From: the human T2T-CHM13v2.0 reference genome, Homo sapiens
Assembly (NCBI RefSeq): GCF_009914755.1
Contig: NC_060930.1
Length of the DNA: 64,000 nt
Reading direction: 5' to 3' (one strand)
Part shown: piece by piece, positions 12,653 through 25,126 of the stretch
How positions within the stretch are numbered: position 1 is the stretch's first letter
How the letters are laid out: each line of letters opens with the position of its first letter
Program-made: the position numbers and the translations under genes
The notes under the pieces: generated by a model
Database searches by the model: none
Told to the model about the DNA's origin: nothing
What the model saw: only the letters and a program-made list of their open reading frames with translations

Positions 12653-14012
12653 TTTTTTAAATATAGAAAACTTAGCTTTATTAAGCTATTACAAAAACAA
12701 AACAATTACCATTTGAAGTACTTTGAGGACTTCATCCCAGACTCACTTGTTCTGTTATAGAAACTAATCTAGAAGTTTGGAAATTAAAAGATATAACCTA
12801 AGAGGTTATAACAGAGCAGGCTGGTAAAACATGATGAAAGAGCCCTCTCTTTCCCACCCAGTCTACCTGCACCTCCCAGCTCCTGTGCATTTTCACCGCA
12901 TAGGTCTGCTAGCTTACAGAAGACGCATACAATGAAGGCAGGAATTATAGGCCTACTCAGAGGGTACTCAGACACATAAAGTTTTGGGGTAAATAATAAA
13001 CTACAAATACCCTCTTGGTTAAGTTAATTCATCAAGTTAATAAAAGTCGTAGTATCTATCTTCTGCTGGTGACAACTTGTTATCTCAGCATAGTCTGTCT
13101 GAAGAAAGAACTGGTTCAGGTTGGGTTTTGGAAAAGGAAAAAGACTTTCATCAACTTTGCTCCAGAGTGGAAAAGGCACCAAGTTCTCTCCTATAGTTAG
13201 GAGCAGATTTTTTTTTTTTTTTTTTTTGAGATGGAGTTTTGTTCTTGTTGCCCAGGTTGGAATGCAATGGCACGATCTCTGCTCACCACAATAGGAGCAG
13301 AATCTTAAACCTGCATAAATTATTTTCAGTGATCAACATCTGTATCCTCAAACTGTCCAGCAACTGTTGGTGTGGTATCTACCTCCATCCCATCTTCATA
13401 ATCTTATTGAGTCTTCTGTCCTGACCCCAGCCATATTATACTGGCTGCTCACAGATGAGAAAGCATTTCTTCTAATCTCTCCAATGTGGCTTGGCCTTCT
13501 GCTGTTAATGGGATAATCCTTCATAGGTGTAAGATTTAGGGATGTCCCCTTTTCCTCGTTCATGTGCTTCCACATCATATTCTTCTCCATCGTAGTCATC
13601 CTCATCCTCATCCTCAGGATCTGGATGCAAGGCCTGGCATTCACACATTGCAGTGAACATTGCCCCCAGTGCTGATTTATCACTAGGTACAAATATAAAT
13701 TCAGTAATAAGTTCAACATCATCACTGTCTTCCTCTTCTTCATCAGCAACAGATTCTTTGGATTCTTCAAATTTGTCATTCACCGTAGCATACAAATGTT
13801 CTCCTAGACAGTCACTTTGGTCCCTGGATAATGCAAGTAAACTAATGGTGGGGTATTCCAGTGAGAATCCTAATCCAGAGCTATCTAACCAAGACAGGTG
13901 GCTCTCAGCGATATAAAGGGTACCAGTGCGGAGGACCTTCCTGTTCAGCACAGCCTTGGTGTCTGGCTGCTGCTGCAGGTGCCCCTCTGCTGGCTCAGGT
14001 AGCAGGAAACTA
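12653..14012 (-). pseudogene. CLNS1AP1: Processed pseudogene of CLNS1A (pICln, methylosome subunit); probably CLNS1AP1
   Basis: Intronless pICln-like peptide (GTLYIAES.LSWLD.SGLGFSLEYPTISL.ALSRD; AMFTAMCECQALHPDPEDED; SVSSQYNMAGVRTEDSIR). The native start codons are missing. A frameshift gives a stop at 13505, followed by two more frameshifts; parental stop at 13326-13328. 3' UTR with AATAAA (12677-12682) and a poly-A remnant. Degenerate TSD tttggcattcatttttc (12636-12652) / ttcggcatgtatttttc (14014-14030). The P1 locus name is recalled, not verified. Confidence 0.93.
13208..13291 (-). mobile_element. Severely 5'-truncated Alu (Sp/Sq-like) in the retrocopy 3' UTR
   Basis: ~20 T plus ~64 bp of Alu 3' end (cttgttgccc, tgcaatgg, gctcacc diagnostics); perfect 10-bp TSD TAGGAGCAGA at 13198-13207 and 13292-13301. 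Confidence 0.9.
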
Positions 14013-14379
14013 TTTCGGCATGTATTTTTCAATGTACCACAATGTTAACATTACAGCACCAAAACTCCAACTCAGGTCAACAGAAACCTCACTGCAAAAT
14101 CCAATGGTTACTTTTATAACATATCGGGTTTTATTTTTCCGCAGTATTTAAAAGAGTTTACTATGACCTTTGTCTTCAAATATTTCTCCCTCTTAGCTTC
14201 TATGGACAGCTATCTCAAAGTATTCCTATGACCTTTGTGTTGTCCTCCCCACACTAGACCCTTCATTTTCTTTGCTGACTATGTACTAGTATTTATAGGG
14301 CTTCAGTTGTGCTTATTTGTTTAGTTTCATTTGACATATTTCTATGAAATGTATTAATGTTTCATCTCACTAACCTAAG

Positions 14380-14945
14380 CCTTCTTCATTTGTAATATGG
14401 ATTATTGAAACAATTCTCAGTGGTATTCCTTCTCCCAGTCTTCCTCAAATTAATCATCTATATTGCTGTAAGAGTAATACTTCTATGTTAATTAGACCAC
14501 TAAATTACTCCCATGCTTAAAAAATGTTAATGGGCTCTATACCTTCTCTAGGATAAAAGCCAAATGCCCTCATGGATCTCTCTTGCTAGTCTTTACCCTT
14601 CGTCTTCATCTGGTCCCCAATTTGAACTCATTAACCATGCATCAGAATGCCTAGAGCATCCTTTTAACAACTTCTTTTTCCTCAAAAGTTTGCTGTAATC
14701 TGTCAGAGCTCAGATGAAATTTTATATAACCCTATTTCTACATCCAAAGTATAGGTTAACTATTTCTTCAGTGAGTTCATATGGCTACCCATTCATAATC
14801 ATCATAACATTTTGTATACCATATTGCAGTTGACAATTTACAAGTCTATATTGCCCACCAGAATGTACATTTTTTTGAGGACAAGGACTTTGTCTTATCT
14901 TCATATCTAGCATGGTACCTGGTACAAATTAAAATTTCTGATAAT
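14380..14945 (+). mobile_element. L2 3' remnant
   Basis: actcccatgcttaaaa...ctaggataaaagccaaa...ccagaatgtacatttttttgaggacaaggactttgtctt...ctagcatggtacctggtaca. Confidence 0.6.
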
Positions 14946-14951
14946 TAAAAA

Positions 14952-17900
14952 AACTTTTAAATTGTTGTGGGCACATAGTAGGTATGGGGTATATTTTGAT
15001 GGAAGCATGCAATGTGTAATAATCACATCAGGGTAAATTAGATATCTATCACCCAAAGCATTTATACTTCATATTACAAAAGATCCAATTACACTCTTTT
15101 GGCTATTTTAAATGTAAGATTAAATTATCAATTATAGTTACCATGTTGTGCTATCAAATACTGGATCTTATTCATTCTATTTTTTGGTACCCACTTGCTA
15201 TCCCCACTTCCCTTGCCCCACTATACTTCCCAGCCTCTGGTAACCATTATTCTATGCACTATCTCCCTGAGTTCAATGGTTCTAATTTTTACCTCTCACA
15301 AATAAGTGAGAACATACAAAGTTTGTCTTTTTGTGACAGGCTTTTATCACTTAACATAACGACCTCTAGTTGGATTTTTGTTTATGGCAAGAGATAGGGA
15401 ACTAGTTTTATTCTTCTGCATATGGATATCCGGTTTTCCCAGCACCATTTATTGAAGAAACTATCCTTCCCCAACTGTATGTTCCTGGCACCTTTGTCAA
15501 AAATAAGTTCACTGTATATGTATAGATTTGTTTCTGGGCTCTCTATTCTGTTCTATTGGTCTATGTGCCTGTTTTTTTTTTTTTTGCCAGTGCCATGCTC
15601 TTTTGGTTACTATAGCTGTGTAGTATTATTTGAAGTCAGATAATGTGATTCCTCCAGTTTTGTTCTTTTTGTTCAAGACAGCTGTGACTATACTGGGTCT
15701 TCTGTAATTCCATATATATTTTAGGATTTTTTTTTCTATTTCTGTGAAGAACGCCATTGGTATTTTGACAAGGATTGAATTGAATCTGTAGACTGCTTTG
15801 GGTAGTACGGAAATTTTGACAATATTGATTATTCCAATCCATGAACATGAAATACCTTCCCATTTTACTGTGTCCTCATCAGTGTCTTGCATCAATATTT
15901 TATAGTTTTTATTGGATCTTTCACGTCTTCAGTTAATTTCCAGGTATTTAACTTGCTTTGTGCCTATTGTAAATTGGGTTACTTTTTAAATTTCTTTTGC
16001 AGATTATTTGCTTTTGGCATATAAAAATGCTCCTGATTTTTCTATGTTGATTTTGAATACTGCAATTATACTGAATTTATCAGTTCTAAAAGCTTTTTGT
16101 GAAATCTTTAGGTTTTTTTTTTCCAAATATGAGACCATATCATTTGCAAACAAGGATAATTTGACTTCTTCCTTTCCAATTTGGAAATGTCTTTTATTTC
16201 TCTTGTCTGTTTGTTCTAGTAGAACTTTCAGTGCTATGTGGGATAACTGTAGTGATAGTGGGCATCCTTGTCATGTTCCAGATATTTAAGGAAAGGTTTT
16301 CAGTGTTTCTTTTTTTTTTCTATTCATTATGATACTAGCTGTGGATCTGTCATACATGGCTTTTATTATGTTGAGGTATGCTTCTTGTATAGCCATTTCT
16401 TAGGGTATTTATCAAGAAGGGATGTTAAAATTCATTATTTTTCAGCATCAATTGAAATGATTCTATGGCTTTTGTCCTTCATTCTGTTGATATAATGTAT
16501 CACATTGATTTGCATATGTTGAACCATCCTTGTATCCTTGTGATGAATCCCAAAGATGATGACGAATGATCTTTTTATGTGTCGTTGAATTTGGTTTGCT
16601 AGTATTTTATAAGGTTTTTACATTAATATTCATCAGAGATAATGGCCTGTAGTTTTTTTTTTCTTTGATTTATCTTTGGTTTTGGTATCAGGATAATACT
16701 GGCCCTGTAGAATGAGTTTGGAAGTACTCCCTTCTCTATATTTTGGGATAGTTTGAGTGGGATTGTATTAGTTTTTTTTAATGTTTGGCAAAATTCAGCA
16801 GTGAAGCCATTGGGTCCCAGGCTTTTCTTTGGAAACTATTTCTTACAGCTTTGATCTCATTACTTGTTATTCATCTGTTAAGGTTTTTGATTTCTTCATG
16901 ATACAATGTTGGTAGTGGTATGTGTCCAAAAATTTATCCACTTCTAGGTTTTCCAACTTATTGGCATAGAGTTGCTCATAGTAGTCTCAAATTTTTGAGT
17001 TATTCGTTGTAATGTCTCCTTTTAAATTTTTGATGTTATTTGAGTCTGTCTAAAACGTTTGTCAATTTTATTTTATTCTTTGTCTAAAGGTTTGTCAAAT
17101 CTATCTTTTCAAAAGCATCTTTTTGTTTCATTAGTCTTTTGTATTGTCTTGTTCATTCAAATGTATGCTCTAATCTTTATTATGTCTATTCTTCTAAATT
17201 TGGATTTAGTTTGCTCTTGCTTTCCTAGTTCTTTAAGATGCCTTGTTAGGTTTATGTGAAGTGTATCTTTTCTGATGTAGGCACTTTTAGCTATAAACTT
17301 CCCTCTCAGTACTGCTTTTGCTGTACCCCATAGGTTTTGGTATGTTGTGTTTCCATAATCATTTGTTTCAAAATATTTTTCAATTTCTTTCTTAATTTTT
17401 TCATTGAGCCACTGGTCATTCAGAAGTATAATATTTAATTTTTATGTTTGTACAGTTTCCAAAAATTTCTCATTATTGATTTATTGTTTTATTCCCTTGT
17501 CATCGGATAAGGTTTGATATAATTTCAACATTTTGAGTGTTTAAGTCTTGTTTTGTGGCTTAACATGTAGTATATCCTTGAGGATATTCATGTGCTGGGG
17601 AGAAAAATGTTTATTCTGCAGGTGTTGGATAAAAAGTCCTGTAAATATATATTGGGTCTATTTGTTCCATGGTGCAGATTAAGTCCAATGTTTCCTTGTT
17701 AATTTTTCTTTCTTAAATAACCTGTCCACTGCTGATAGTGGAGTGTTGAAGTCTCCAGCTATTATTGTATTAGTCTATCTCTCTAGCTCTAATAATATTT
17801 ACTTTATATATCTTGGTGCTTCATGTTGGGTGCATATATTTTAAATCATTATGTCCTCTTGCTAAATTGATTCCTTTATCATTATGTAATAATGTTCTTT

Positions 17901-20650
17901 GTCTATTCTTCATGTTTTAAGTGTATTGTCACTGGATATACTATTCTCGGGTAGAAGTTTTTTTGTTTGTTTTTTCTGTCAGCAATTTAAATATGTCATC
18001 CTACTCTCTCCTGGTCTATAAGGTTTCCACTGAAAAGTCTGCTGCCAGACATATTGGAGCTTTATTGTTTGTAATTTGTTCCTTTCCTTTGCTACTTTTA
18101 GAATCCTTTATCCTTGACTTTTGGGGGTTTGATTATTAAATGGCTTAAGGTAGTGGTCTTTGGGTTAAATATGCTTGGTGCTCTATAATCTTGTATTTGA
18201 GTATTGATATCTTTCTCTAGGTTTGAGAAGTTCTCTATTATTCCTTTGAATAAACTTTCTACCCCTAGCACTCTCTCTCTCTCTCTCTGCCTCTTCTTTA
18301 AGGTCAATAACTCTTAGATTTGCCTTTTGGGGGCTATTTTCTAGACCTTAGATGTGCCACATTCTTTTTTCTTTTTTCTTTTTTCTTTTGTCTCCTCTGA
18401 CTGTGTATTTTCAGATAGCTTGTCTTCAGGCTCACTAATTCTTCTGCTTGATCAGTTCTGCTACTAAGAGACTCTAATGCATTTTTAGTATGTCAGTTAT
18501 ATTTTCAGCTCCAGAATTTCTACTGGATTCTGCTTAATTATTTCAATTTCTTTGCTAAATTTACCTGATAATATCCTGAATTTCTTCTGTGTGTTATCTT
18601 GAATTTCTTTGTTTCCTCTAAACAACTATTTTGAATTCTCTGTTTGAAAGGTCACATGTCTGTCTCTCTATTTGTCCCTGGTGCCTTAGGTGAGGTCATG
18701 TTTTCCAGGATACTCTTGATGCTTGTGGATGTTCATTGGTGTCTGAGCATTGAAGAGTGAGGTATTTATTATAGTCTTCATAGTCTAGGTTTGTTTGTAC
18801 TTGCACTTCTTGGGAAGACTTTTCAGGTATTTGAAGAGACTTAAGTGTTTCCATCTATGCTTTGGTTACTGTAGCTGTATCTGAATTAGAGGGTACCCCA
18901 AGCCCAATAATGCTATGGTTCTTGCAGACTCACAGAGGTACTGCCTTGGTGGTCTTAGATAAGATCTGGAAGAATTCTCTGGATTACCAGGCAGAGATTC
19001 TTGTTTTCTTCCTTTACTTTTGCTCAAACAATGGAGTCTCTCTGTCCATGCAGAGCTGCCTGGAGCTGGGGGAAGGGTGACACAAGCACCCTTGTGGCCA
19101 CCAATACTGGAACTACACTGGGTCAGACCTGAAGCTAGCACAGCACTGGGTTTTGCCCAAGGCCCACTGTAACTACTACCTGGCTAGCACTTATGTTTAC
19201 TCAAGGCCCTAGGGCTCTATAATCAGCAGGGAGTGAAGCCAGCTAGGCTTGTGTTTTCCTCTTCAGGGTGGCAAGTTCCCCTGGTCCCAGGTGAGTCCAG
19301 TGACGCTGTCCAGGAAACAGGACAAGGAATCAGAAACCATATCAATCTACCTGGTGATCTATTTTACTGTGGCTGAGATGGCACCCAAGCCATGAGACAA
19401 AGTCCTTCCCACTCTTCCCTTCCTTTTCCCCAGGCAGAGGAGTCTCTCCCCACGTCTGCCACCACTACAGGCCCATGGGGAGTACTGCCAGGGTACCACT
19501 GATGTTCACTTAGGGCTCAAGATCTCTTCAGTCAACTTGTGTAAATGCTGCCATGCCTGGGACTCACTTTTCAGGATAGCAGGCGTCTCTCTGGCCCAAG
19601 GTAGTCCCAGAAACGCTGTAAGAGCCAAGGGAAGAGTCAGGGACCTCAGGGGCCTGCTTGGTGCTCTTCCTCACTGTGACAAAGCTGGTACCTCTGCTGC
19701 AGAACAAAGTCTCCTTTATTCTTCTCTCTGCTTTTCTCAAGCAGAAGGGAACTTTCTCTGTAGCTGTCACAGCTGGGACTGTGCTGGGTCATACCTGAAG
19801 CCAGCATGACTCAGAGTTTCATCCAAGGCCCACAGTATGTACTACCGGCTTACTCCTGCAGAATATTTAGAGCCTAAGGGCTCTTTAGTCAGCAGGTGAT
19901 AAATCTTTCTTTTTTTTTAAATTTTATTATTATTATACTTTAAGTTTTAGGGTACATGTGCACAACGTGCAGGTTTGTTACACATGTATACATGTGCCAT
20001 GTTGGTGTGCTGCACCCATTAACTCGTCATTTAGCTAGGACTTGGTCCTTCCCTTTAAGGAAACAGGTTCTCTGCTGTCCCAAGGTCTGTCCAGAAATGT
20101 CATCCAGGAGCTAGGGCCTGAAATAGGGGCCTCATGACTCTCCCTCCTTCCCTGCCCTACTGTGGTTGAGCTAGTATCCAATTTTCAAGAAAAATTCCTA
20201 TTTACTCTTCCTTCTCTTCTCAAGCAGAAGGAAGAAGTCTCTTTTGGAGCTGCAGTGCCTGGGGTTGGGAGCAAGTCATGCAAGCAGTCCCTTAGCTTCC
20301 TTGGCTCATGTCTCACTAGGCATGTGTGCCCTCCCCAAGTCCAGTGGCCCCAAGCCCAGCACAACACTTGGTCTTGCCTAGAATTTGCAATCCTTATGGC
20401 CTAGATTGTCTTTCAGATTTATTTAAGACCCCAGAGTACTTTTGCCCATTGTGGTGAGGCTTGCCCAAATTCAAGTTCTGACTGCTAGGATGGGTGATTC
20501 CCCTCTGGCTAGAGCAGGTCGGAATACTCCTTCCCTAGGTTCCACCTGAGTTTTTTCCAGTGTTGCTTTCTGCTGTGCCACAGCAGCATTGTATTCCAAT
20601 GCAAAGTCCCACAGTTGCTATCTCTACCTCCCGCAAGGTCACAGACTGTT
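14952..20650 (-). mobile_element. L1MA2/3-like element, near full length with internal deletions (3' UTR, ORF2, ORF1, 5' UTR)
   Basis: L1MA 3' end (gtgggcacatagtagg...gcatgcaatgtgtaataatcacatcagggtaaat); ORF2 peptide 15626-15895; ORF1 peptide 18098-18307 (GVESLFKGIIENFSNLEKDIN); GC-richer L1M 5' UTR at 18.8-20.6 kb. Confidence 0.88.
19908..20035 (-). mobile_element. 128-bp L1PA3/4-like 3' tip, no TSD
   Basis: ttattatactttaagttttagggtacatgtgcacaacgtgcagg...aactcgtcatttagc, inserted in the L1MA 5' UTR. Confidence 0.9.
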
Positions 20651-21757
20651 TAGGGCATACATACCCCTATGACTATAGTCAGTCCAAGCTAAAATGCTTT
20701 CTCCATAGACTGAGTCCTAATTTAGCTTCATGTCTAGCCATTTTATGCAGCCTTCTTGTTTAATGCTTAAATATCCTCTGTAGTAACACTTTGGAATTCT
20801 TTATCCCTATTTTTTTCATAAAATTCTTCTAATATTAATATTTAGATTTTTAGACTTTTACTTTTTCTTTTTCTTCAAATTTATTTTTATATCTTATATC
20901 TGTATTTTCTGTCCATTCCTACTCTTAGCATGTGAACTTCTTACTCTAGGTATTTTTTTAGTAAAAATTCTTTAATGACATTTCATCATGTCAATATTTT
21001 GTTTTATAGTCTACCTTTGCCCTAATGGTTGCTTTTGCAGAGATTATTTTAATCAGCTGAAAAGTTTTCTCAATGTTTCAATAGTTTTAATAGGAACATT
21101 TTATAGATTTTCCTGTGGTTTTATGCTTATTTTTAAAAAGTTTTATTTTTTATGGACCAGAAATAACTGGCATTTCTGCATGGGGTGGAAAAGGTGTGAG
21201 CTATTTGTGTGGCTTACTACATTTTCTTTTTCTAGAAAATGATGTTTTTATAGGTACAGTAAAAGATAGTACCTTTGATTTGAGAGACAGTGTTTTAATA
21301 CCATGACACTCTTCTGTTTCATTAGGATCCTTAATTTCTGCCATTTGATTTTTTTCTTTCTCATTTCCATGATGCCTCCACTTTATAACTTCCCTCTCTC
21401 CTCAGAGGTGATGCCTTTCCAAGACTGTTTCTCTACTCTTGCATATGCAAGCTCCTATCCTTTGATTTCCTAGCAGACAATTCTGATTCACAATGACTCA
21501 GTGTTTTCCCCAATCACTGTGGAACTCTCTGAGTGTGACTTTAGCTCACCACTGCTAGATCTTTGCTGCATTCTCATCTTTATTGTGTAGTTTCCTTCTA
21601 AATTTTTGCTTTGGAATGGGCTCCTGAGCTGGCTCTGCTGCTTTTGAGTTTCTGGTATAACAAATTTCAAATGGAAATGGAAATTTGTAATATTATATTT
21701 TCTCCTAATGGAATTGTAAATGTAAGTGACTATTAATGCTCCTTGTTGATTTTGTAG

Positions 21758-22129
<372 letters not shown>

Positions 22130-22139
22130 TACTTATTTC

Positions 22140-23362
22140 TTAAACATCTTATTTTGAAATAATTACACAGATTTTCACAAAGGTATAAAGAAACATACAA
22201 GGGGATCCCAACACCCTTCACCAGACTTCCCTAATGTTAACATTTAGTACAATTATAGTACACCATCAAAATCAGAAAAATGAATTTGTTACACAACAGA
22301 ATTTATTCAGATTTTACTAGTTATACATATGCTTGCTTATGCGTGTGTGGAGGGGTGTAGCTCACTGTAATTTCATTATATAACCACCACTACAATCAAG
22401 ACTAGTAATTGTACTTCATAAAAATTCTCCCTCATACTACCACTTTATTACCACACATTTCCCCCACCCCTCAAATTCATAATCCCTGGAAACCATTAAT
22501 CTATTCTCCATCTCTATAATTATCATGTTTAATGAATGTTGAACAAATGGCATCGTGTGGTGTCTCCATTTTGTTTCACTGAAATGCAGCTGGAATCACC
22601 CCAAAAGTGGTGGGAGAAATGTTTCCACAAAAGAGTACTTTGAACTGTCCTGTGATGTGGCTGTTTGAGACTCCAAAGAAAGAAGCACTAAACACCAAAG
22701 TAATCAGTCCAAAGCATTTATTAGGAGAACTTAGAGTGCTACAGCAATCCACATGATAGAGAGCAAAAGAAAAGGGATGTTCGATGTAGATACTATCTAG
22801 GTACTTGATACTACCATTCAATGGGTAAATGGCTACATACCTAGATACGTTTGCATCAAGAAGGCCGGGTATGGAATTTTTATGAGGGTTTAAGGAATTT
22901 GGCTCAGGGACAAAGCCAATATCTTTCAGTGTTTGGGGCAACAACCTAGATACCTTTATCAGTGTTTGAGAATGTTCAAGGCCTTGGTTTGGGGTCAAGC
23001 TTGCTGGAAAATACCTGCCACTGTCTAGGTCACAAAGCGGTCAAGGTACTCTGGGAATTTTTAGTCAGGACACAGAAAGTAGGAAGAATTGGGGAACCTT
23101 ACAAGTTTCCTTTTATGATTGACTTTTTTCACTCAGCATAATTTCATTGAGGTTTATCTAAGATGTTGCATTATCAATAGTTTGTTTTTTTTTTATTGCT
23201 GAGTAGTAGTCCATGGTATGAATTTACTTTCCTTTGTTTAGCCATTTACCCATTGCATGGTACTATCTAGTACCTAGTTTTTGGCTGTTAAGAATAAAGT
23301 TTCTATTAACCTCTCTGTATAAAATTTTACATGGAAATGTTTTCATTTATTTGGGATATTCT
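22140..23362 (-). mobile_element. L1MD-like 3' end interrupted by LTR47
   Basis: ttattttgaaataattac...cccttcaccagacttccctaatgttaacat; resumes after the LTR as ttttttcactcagcataatt...ttattgctgagtagtagtccatggtatg. Confidence 0.75.
22561..23103 (-). mobile_element. LTR47-like solo LTR
   Basis: Minus strand reads tgtaagg...tttctgtgtcctgactaaaaat...ccttgaacattc...actgataaaggtatctaggttgttgcc...ccctgagccaaattccttaaaccctcata...aataaatgctttggactgat; left boundary uncertain by ~10 bp. Confidence 0.72.
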
Positions 23363-23364
23363 CC

Positions 23365-23492
23365 AGCCAACCTAAAAAGTTATATCCACACTAAAACCTA
23401 CACATGAAATTTTATGTCAACTTTATAATTGCAAAAAATTGTAGTGAACTCAGGTATCCTTCAATAGGTGAATTGATAAAATCTGTGGTATG
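23365..23492 (+). mobile_element. L1MD-like fragment, left part of the host of the L1MA9 nest
   Basis: ttatatccacactaaaacctacacatg...tccttcaataggtgaattgataaaatctgtggta; continues at ~37723. Confidence 0.65.
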
Positions 23493-25126
23493 ACCATCTG
23501 GTTTTTCCAGAGTAGGCCTTAGAGCCTTAGTCTCACAAATGATCCTAAAATGACCCTGTAACTCAACTCTACCATTCATCTATGGTCTGAGAGCAGTCCT
23601 GCTACCCAGGGACCTGAAAAAGACATGACCATTCATGCCCCTAAAGGGAGGCCTCTTGACCTCAGACTGACTGCAAATCTTTAAGCAGTCCTATGACCCC
23701 ACAAAAGCCTTGCTCAGACATTGTCCAAGTAGCCCTATCCACCCAAGTATGGGATAGGATAAACACCCATTTATGCCCACAGAGGCAGACCTACAGATCT
23801 TGGATTCAGCAGCTTTGTAACTGAAACAGCCCTGTAATTCAGATCCTGTCCTCTTCAACCATACTCCTGAGCCAATCTTGCCTGGCCAGAGTTCCAAACA
23901 GTGAATGAGCAGGAGCCTTCCAAGAGACCCAGATGGTATAACATTTATCCACAGGAAACAGGCCCATCATCTATTGACCCAACTGCATATCCTGAAGTGG
24001 ACCTTTATCCCAGAACCACCCCTACTAACCAAAGTCCTGGAGGCAGTTTCATCTGACCAGGAGTCAATCAGGATCCATGCCTTCCTCTGTAATAGTACTG
24101 CCAAACACTGACCCCATAATGAACCACACTGTGGATCCACATGTAAAGATGTCATGTGACCTGGTTGTGACCCTGCTTGGCTATAAGCCTAGAGGCAATC
24201 CCATCATTCTAGAGACCAGACAGGAGAAGGCTTTTACCTGTCAATCTGTCAATCATCATAAAGACAGGAAGAGGTGTTTGTGCTTCAAATACATCAACAC
24301 AAATATAAGGCTACACAGAGTACAATCAGGCAAACATGATACCACCAAAGGAAACAAAAACCTCCAATAACAAACCCAAAAGAAATGGAGATCTATAAAT
24401 TGCCTGACAAAAATGTCAAAATAATCATCAAAAAACTCAATGAGATGCAAGAAAAAAACACTTAAAAAACTAAAATCAGAAAAACAATAAATGAACACAG
24501 TGAGGAGTTTAATAAAAAAATAGAAACCATAGGAAGCAACCAAATAGAAACCTTGGAGCTGAAAAATACAAATATAGAACTGAAAATTTTAATGGAAATC
24601 TTCAAGGGTGAACTTGATCATGCAGAATAAGAGGACAGTGAACGTGAAGACAGGTCATTTGAAATTAGCCAGCTAGAAAAATAGAAAAAAATTTTTAAAA
24701 AGCATATAGAGACCTATGAAACATCATCAAACAAATTTATACTTCACAGAAGTGACAGAAGGAGAAGAAACAAAGAGAGGAGCTGAAAGCTTATTTAAAG
24801 AAGTAATGGTTGGAAACTCCTCAAATTTTGGGAAGAATATGGACATTCTCATTCATGAAGTTCATAGGTCTCTTAGCAAGATAATCACAAAGGTTACCCT
24901 GTGACACATAATAATCAAATTGCCAACAGTCAAAGATGAAATTTTGAAAGTAGTAAGAGAAGTTACTCATACAGCAGAACATCTATAAAACTATCCAAAT
25001 ATTTCTTAGCAGAAACGTTGCAGACCAGGAAGAGGTGGGATGACATATTAAAAGTACTGAAAAAAAACTCACAGAACTACAACATAAGAATATTATATCT
25101 GGAAAAGCTGTTCTTTAAAAATAAGA

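Noticed and set aside
13505-14032. 175-aa ORF as a functional CDS
   Set aside because: TTG start from flanking DNA, loss of the native N-terminus, frameshift-truncated C-terminus, no introns, and poly-A plus TSD hallmarks; called a pseudogene.
18800-20650. L1MA 5' UTR as a promoter for the downstream, co-oriented retrocopy
   Set aside because: The element is ancient, CpG-depleted and interrupted; the sequence offers no support for activity.
22576-22998. 140-aa ORF
   Set aside because: Lies entirely within the LTR47-like LTR, has no recognisable domain and starts at a non-ATG codon.
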